From contig OY760142.1 of the NCBI GenBank assembly GCA_963663225.1, forward strand, positions 1,984,001 through 2,048,000: a DNA stretch of 64,000 nt, read 5' to 3'. The translations under genes were made by a program, and so were the position numbers. The notes beneath the pieces are model-generated. The model saw nothing but the letters and a program-made list of their open reading frames with translations, did not search any database and had not been told where the DNA came from. Below, piece after piece: positions 59,324-64,000 of the stretch (its first letter is position 1; every line of letters begins with the position of its first letter). Source of the stretch: Nitrospirota bacterium. Lineage in GTDB: Bacteria > Nitrospirota > UBA9217.

Positions 59324-60484
59324 ATGAAGGTTTATTTCGACAACAATGCGACTTCCCCGCTGGCTCCCGAAGTTCTGGACGCCATGCTGCCTTTTTTCAA
59401 GGACAAATACGGCAATGCGTCATCCGTCTATTCGCTGGGGCGGGAAGCAAAGAAATCACTGGAGAGCTCACGGGAAACTCTTGCCGGCATCCTGGGCGCG
59501 AACCGGCCGGACTGCATCTGCTTTACCGGATCCGGATCGGAAGCAGACAATATGGCACTCCGGGGAGTTGCCCGCGCGCATGCGCAGAAAGGGAAGCATA
59601 TCGTCACTTCAACGGTGGAGCACCATGCCATTCTGAATACCTGCAAATATCTCGAAGAGCATGGTTTTGAAGTGACCTACGTAAAACCTGATGAATCGGG
59701 GCTTGTGAGCGCTGAAGCCGTGGCCACGGCTCTCCGGAGCGACACGATACTCGTTTCCATTATGCATGCCAACAATGAGGTCGGGACGATCAATCCGATT
59801 TCAGAAATCGCAAAGATTGTAAAAGCCCGCGGCATCCTGTTTCACACTGATGCCGTGCAGAGTTTCTGCAAGGTTCCTGTTAGCGTGGATTCGCTTGGCG
59901 TTGACCTGTTGTCCCTCTCCGCCCATAAGATACACGGGCCGAAAGGAGTCGGCGCTCTGTATATCCGGGAGGGAGTCCAGATTCCGCCTCTTGTGTACGG
60001 TGGACATCAGGAAGGAAACCGCCGGGCCGGGACCGAAAATATAGCCGGGATTGCCGGCCTTGCACGGGCAGCGCAGCTGGCGACAGGCAGCAGAGAACAG
60101 ATCATTCAAAAGATGAAGACCTTACGGGACAGGCTGGAGAAGGGATTGCTGCAGACAATACCGCACACAAAACTGAACGGCCATCCCGTGCACCGGTTGC
60201 CGAATACCCTGAACCTGTCTTTCCCGTTCATTGAGGCGGAATCTCTGATTCTTGACCTGGATATGAAAGGAGTAGCGGTTTCATCAGGGTCAGCATGCCA
60301 GTCCGGAACCGGAGATCCTTCTCATGTCCTTTTGTCCATGGGGATTGCTCCGGAAATATGCCGCGGCTCCCTGCGGTTTTCGCTGGGGTCTCAAAGCACA
60401 GATGAAGAAGTTGAATACGTTCTGAATACCCTGCCTGCCATTGTTGAGCGGATCAGATCGATGTCGCCTCTTGCTCCGATGTAA
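59324..60484 (+). CDS. nifS: Cysteine desulfurase (NifS/IscS, class I)
   Basis: YFDNNATS, EHHA, HANNEVG, HTDAVQ, SAHKIHGPKG and SSGSAC. Confidence 0.94.
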   Translation: MKVYFDNNATSPLAPEVLDAMLPFFKDKYGNASSVYSLGREAKKSLESSRETLAGILGANRPDCICFTGSGSEADNMALRGVARAHAQKGKHIVTSTVEHHAILNTCKYLEEHGFEVTYVKPDESGLVSAEAVATALRSDTILVSIMHANNEVGTINPISEIAKIVKARGILFHTDAVQSFCKVPVSVDSLGVDLLSLSAHKIHGPKGVGALYIREGVQIPPLVYGGHQEGNRRAGTENIAGIAGLARAAQLATGSREQIIQKMKTLRDRLEKGLLQTIPHTKLNGHPVHRLPNTLNLSFPFIEAESLILDLDMKGVAVSSGSACQSGTGDPSHVLLSMGIAPEICRGSLRFSLGSQSTDEEVEYVLNTLPAIVERIRSMSPLAPM

Positions 60485-60543
60485 GTGATCGGGGGAAACG
60501 CTGCTGAATGACGCGGTGAGGCGGGTTTTTGAAAGGATAGAGT

Positions 60544-61479
60544 ATGCCGAAAATTTATTCAGATGTAACAAAAACCATCGGGAACACTCCTCTGGTGAGA
60601 ATCAATAAGCTTGCACAGGGCTTGCAAGCCGAGGTGGTGGCTAAAGTCGAAAAAAACAACCCGCTCGCAAGCGTGAAAGACCGCATCGGCCTCGCGATGA
60701 TCGAAGCGGCTGAAGAAGCAGGGGTGATCGGCAGAGACTCGGTGATCATCGAACCTACAAGCGGCAATACCGGCATCGCATTGGCGTATGTTTGCGCCGT
60801 CAAAGGCTACCGGTTGATCCTGACCATGCCTGATACCATGAGCAAAGAACGGAGGGCTCTTCTGAAAATTCTCGGGGCGGAGGTGGTCCTCACGGAAGGC
60901 GCCAAGGGCATGAAAGGGGCCATTGAAAAGGCGGAGCAACTGTCAAGAGAGCATAAGGGGACATTCATACCACAGCAATTCAAGAACTCGGCAAATGTGG
61001 ATGCGCACAGAAGGACCACCGCCCTGGAAATATGGAACGACACGGATGGAAAAGTAGACGTTCTCGTGGCAGGCGTCGGGACCGGGGGGACCATCACCGG
61101 CACTGCCCAGGTCCTGAAGCAGAAGAAACCTTCTTTTAAGGCAATAGCCGTCGAACCGAAGGATTCTCCCGTTCTTTCAGGTGGCAAGCCCGGACCGCAC
61201 AAAATACAGGGGATCGGCGCGGGGTTTGTCCCCGATATTCTGCAAATGGATCTTCTTGACGAGATCATCCAGGTTTCAAATGAGAACGCAGGAATATTTG
61301 CCCGGAGAGCCGCGAGAGAGGAAGGCCTTTTGGTCGGGATATCGTCCGGCGCGGCGCTGTGGGCCGCGCTCGAAGTGGCAAAACGGCCTGAAAATTTTGG
61401 AAAACTGATTGTTGTTATTCTGCCTGATACAGGCGAACGGTATTTGTCGACGTGGCTGTTTGAGGAATATATGCAGTGA
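60544..61479 (+). CDS. cysK: Cysteine synthase A
   Basis: [35 protein letters not shown] and DTGERYLST. Confidence 0.97.
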   Translation: MPKIYSDVTKTIGNTPLVRINKLAQGLQAEVVAKVEKNNPLASVKDRIGLAMIEAAEEAGVIGRDSVIIEPTSGNTGIALAYVCAVKGYRLILTMPDTMSKERRALLKILGAEVVLTEGAKGMKGAIEKAEQLSREHKGTFIPQQFKNSANVDAHRRTTALEIWNDTDGKVDVLVAGVGTGGTITGTAQVLKQKKPSFKAIAVEPKDSPVLSGGKPGPHKIQGIGAGFVPDILQMDLLDEIIQVSNENAGIFARRAAREEGLLVGISSGAALWAALEVAKRPENFGKLIVVILPDTGERYLSTWLFEEYMQ

Positions 61480-61508
61480 AGAAAAGAGTCCGGTAAAAAA
61501 AGACGGGC

Positions 61509-63266
61509 TTATGTAATGAAAATCCTGATCCGGGTCCCTGTTCCGGGAGTGCTTTCAATCTGGAGATCCCATCCGTGGGCCTTTACTAAATGCTTTACTA
61601 TCGCCAGGCCGAGTCCGGTTCCTCCCATGTTCCGTGAACGTCCGGCATCCACCCGGTAGAACCGCTCGCCCAGCCGCGAAAGGTGTTTTGGCGGGATCCC
61701 GATTCCGGTGTCTTCCACAAAGAAGTAAGTTCTTCCATTTTCCTCGGACGCACCAAGCGTCACTCCGCCTATTTCCGTAAACTTGACCGCATTGTCCACA
61801 AGGTTGGTCAGTATCTGGATCAATCTGTCCCGGTCTGCCTCAATTGTTCCAAGATTCTGCATAATGGCAGTTTTCAGGTAGAGGCCTTTTTGTGCGGCCT
61901 TGTCCTTGAGCACTGCCAGTACGGCCTCCGCAGCGTCGTCAAAAATGACCGGTGATTTTTCAACTTTCGTCACCCCTAGTTCAATTTTGGATATGGTCAT
62001 AAGATCGTCCACGAGGCTGTTGATCCGCTGGCTGTTGGCCTTGATGGTCTGAATGAATCGTTCGGCATGCTCTCTGTCGCTTATGGCGCCTTCCAGAAGG
62101 GTCTCTGCAAAGCCGTGAATGGCGGTGATCGGCGTTTTTATTTCATGGGAAATGTTTGCGACAAAATCCTTCCTTACCTGTTCGAGCTTTTTTAACTGCG
62201 TGATGTCATGGAATATGGCGATGAAGCCGGAAAGCGCATTTTCGCCGCGGTACTGAAGCGGAGACACCCGTACGATGCAGTAGCGCTCCTGAGGATGATC
62301 GAGTGTAAGTTCTGTCATACCTGCCGTCTGTCCATGCCGGACCTCATCCAGAAGCTGCAGAAACTCTCTGCTCCGCACCACTTCAACGAATTGCTTTCCT
62401 TCCGGAGGAACATCGCCGAAAAAAAGCCTGGAGGTCGCGCTCGAAAATCTGATGATTTCTTTCGCATCACTGATGAGCAGCGCATCAGGAATACTGGTCA
62501 GAATTGCGGCAAGCCGGTCGTTTTCCTCTTCGATCTGGTGGATGTTCTTTTTTAATTCGACAGACATGGTATTCAGACTTTCGGCAATCTCGGCGAATTC
62601 TCCGGAGCTTCCCAGAAACAGCTTTTTGCCGACTTCGCCCCGTGCGACTCGGCCGGAAAAATCACGGATCTGTCCGGTCAGCTTACGGATGCGTTCGATT
62701 TGCCACGCTGAAAACATGCCAGCCACCAGCAGAACGAAAAGAACAACGGCGAGTATCTGCATTTTGAGAGCATTGATTGCTTCATCCACCTTGTGCAGGG
62801 GAACGCTCAGTCTGATGTAGCCCGTCGGGTTATTCTGGTGTGTGATTTGCCTGGCCACGTAGAGAAAATCGCGTTTTACGGTATCGCTAATCCGTATTGC
62901 CATGCCCGTGCCGGTCATCTGCGCCTGTTGTATTTCCTGCCGGAGGCCGTGATTCTCCATCATGGACGAGGCCATATCGGAATCGCCGAGCACTTTTCCG
63001 TCGAGGTTGACAATGGTTATGCGTGCGCCGCTTTCTGTTTTGAGTTCTTTGCAGACTTCATCAAGGGTTGCTTTGGGTGTGAAAGAAACGGTCCGCGCGA
63101 TCAGGGCCGCCTGCACCAGAAGGTTTTCCTTTAGGTCGTTGATATGCCGTTCCCTGACGGTATCGGCAATGTATAATTGCACAGATATGACCGCCAGAAG
63201 CATAATAAGTGCGTACAGGACAAATATGCGTTTGAAAAGGCTCGGCCGGCCGGTTTTATTCAACAT
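61509..63266 (-). CDS. phoR: Phosphate-regulon sensor kinase
   Basis: Two TM helices, MENH..R.EI Cache, HAMP, PAS, RKDFVANISHEIKTP and ERFYRVD.GRSR..GGTGLGL. Confidence 0.9.
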   Translation of the reverse strand: MLNKTGRPSLFKRIFVLYALIMLLAVISVQLYIADTVRERHINDLKENLLVQAALIARTVSFTPKATLDEVCKELKTESGARITIVNLDGKVLGDSDMASSMMENHGLRQEIQQAQMTGTGMAIRISDTVKRDFLYVARQITHQNNPTGYIRLSVPLHKVDEAINALKMQILAVVLFVLLVAGMFSAWQIERIRKLTGQIRDFSGRVARGEVGKKLFLGSSGEFAEIAESLNTMSVELKKNIHQIEEENDRLAAILTSIPDALLISDAKEIIRFSSATSRLFFGDVPPEGKQFVEVVRSREFLQLLDEVRHGQTAGMTELTLDHPQERYCIVRVSPLQYRGENALSGFIAIFHDITQLKKLEQVRKDFVANISHEIKTPITAIHGFAETLLEGAISDREHAERFIQTIKANSQRINSLVDDLMTISKIELGVTKVEKSPVIFDDAAEAVLAVLKDKAAQKGLYLKTAIMQNLGTIEADRDRLIQILTNLVDNAVKFTEIGGVTLGASEENGRTYFFVEDTGIGIPPKHLSRLGERFYRVDAGRSRNMGGTGLGLAIVKHLVKAHGWDLQIESTPGTGTRIRIFIT

Positions 63267-63945
63267 AGTAGCCCACGCCTCTTCGCGTTTTTATATACAC
63301 GGGATCCGCGGGATCGTCTTCTATCTGGGTCCTCAAGCGTCTGATGTGCACGTCGACGGTCCTGGGCTCAACAAATGTTTCGTCTTTCCATACTGCATCA
63401 AGCAGTTGGTCGCGGCTGAACACCCTGCCCCTTCTTTCCACCAGATACACCAGAAGCTTGAATTCCGTGGCGCTGAGGTGAACAGGGGCTTCACGCTTCT
63501 GCACGCTGTATCGTTCCATGTCGATGCTGAGGTCTCCGAGGCGGATCACTTTTTCCGGTGTCGTCTTTTTGCCGGTCCTTCTGAGAACGGCGTTAATACG
63601 GGCTATAAGCTCCTTGGGGCTGAAGGGCTTTGTTATATAATCGTCCGCACCGGTTTCCAACCCGCGGATTTTATCCGTTTCATCTCCTTTTGCCGTAAGC
63701 ATGATGATGGGAAGGTGCTCTGTTTTTTGGTTCTGTCTGAGGATGCGGCAGAGCTCTAAACCCTGGATGCCGGGAAGCATAAGGTCAAGCACGATGAGAT
63801 GAAAGTCGTTTTTTTTGATCTGCAGCAGAGCGTCTTCGCTGTCTGCAGCCGACGTGACCGAAAAGCCCGCTTTTTTGAGGTTGTACGAAACCAGTTCAAC
63901 AAGATCCGGCTCGTCATCTACGATGAGAATGTTTTTATTGTTCAT
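63256..63945 (-). CDS. phoB: OmpR/PhoB-family response regulator
   Basis: ILIVDDE, LDLMLP, GADDYITKPFSP, RTVDVHIRRLR and TRRGVGY. Overlaps phoR. Confidence 0.92.
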   Translation of the reverse strand: MNNKNILIVDDEPDLVELVSYNLKKAGFSVTSAADSEDALLQIKKNDFHLIVLDLMLPGIQGLELCRILRQNQKTEHLPIIMLTAKGDETDKIRGLETGADDYITKPFSPKELIARINAVLRRTGKKTTPEKVIRLGDLSIDMERYSVQKREAPVHLSATEFKLLVYLVERRGRVFSRDQLLDAVWKDETFVEPRTVDVHIRRLRTQIEDDPADPVYIKTRRGVGYYVE

Positions 63946-64000
63946 GGTGTCATAGTACCGATTACTGCAACGGCGCTGCAGAGTGTGTATAGATTATTGA

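Overview
A 64-kb, gene-dense bacterial chromosomal window of roughly 50% GC. The gene content suggests an anaerobe or microaerophile of Nitrospirota/Desulfobacterota type (inference only). I see no rRNA, tRNA, CRISPR array or transposase. From left to right it holds: cell-envelope and housekeeping genes (dinG, amidase-GerMN-murI, folC-lptD-cutA, M23 peptidase, csp, secA); an accessory stretch at about 15.5-23.5 kb; a Liv-type ABC transporter-larA operon; signalling genes (FIST plus hybrid kinase, GntR, MCP, PP2C); galT-glgA-GAF kinase-response regulator-rlmD; a lactate permease; a group 1 [NiFe]-hydrogenase operon; a sigma54-linked metY-metXW-nifS-cysK cluster; and phoBR. The main hidden signal is two genes that the ORF track splits at an in-frame TGA, each followed by a SECIS-like hairpin. 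One is a PrdB/GrdB-family UxxC selenoprotein (21495-22316, minus strand). The other is a candidate new selenoprotein with CxxU...HExxH...CxxC (16211-16681, plus strand) that shows hints of sigma28/flagellar-regulon control. A radical SAM/SPASM remnant resembling the 'selenobiotic' maturase sits next to the PrdB-like gene. All family calls come from motif recognition, not database searches.
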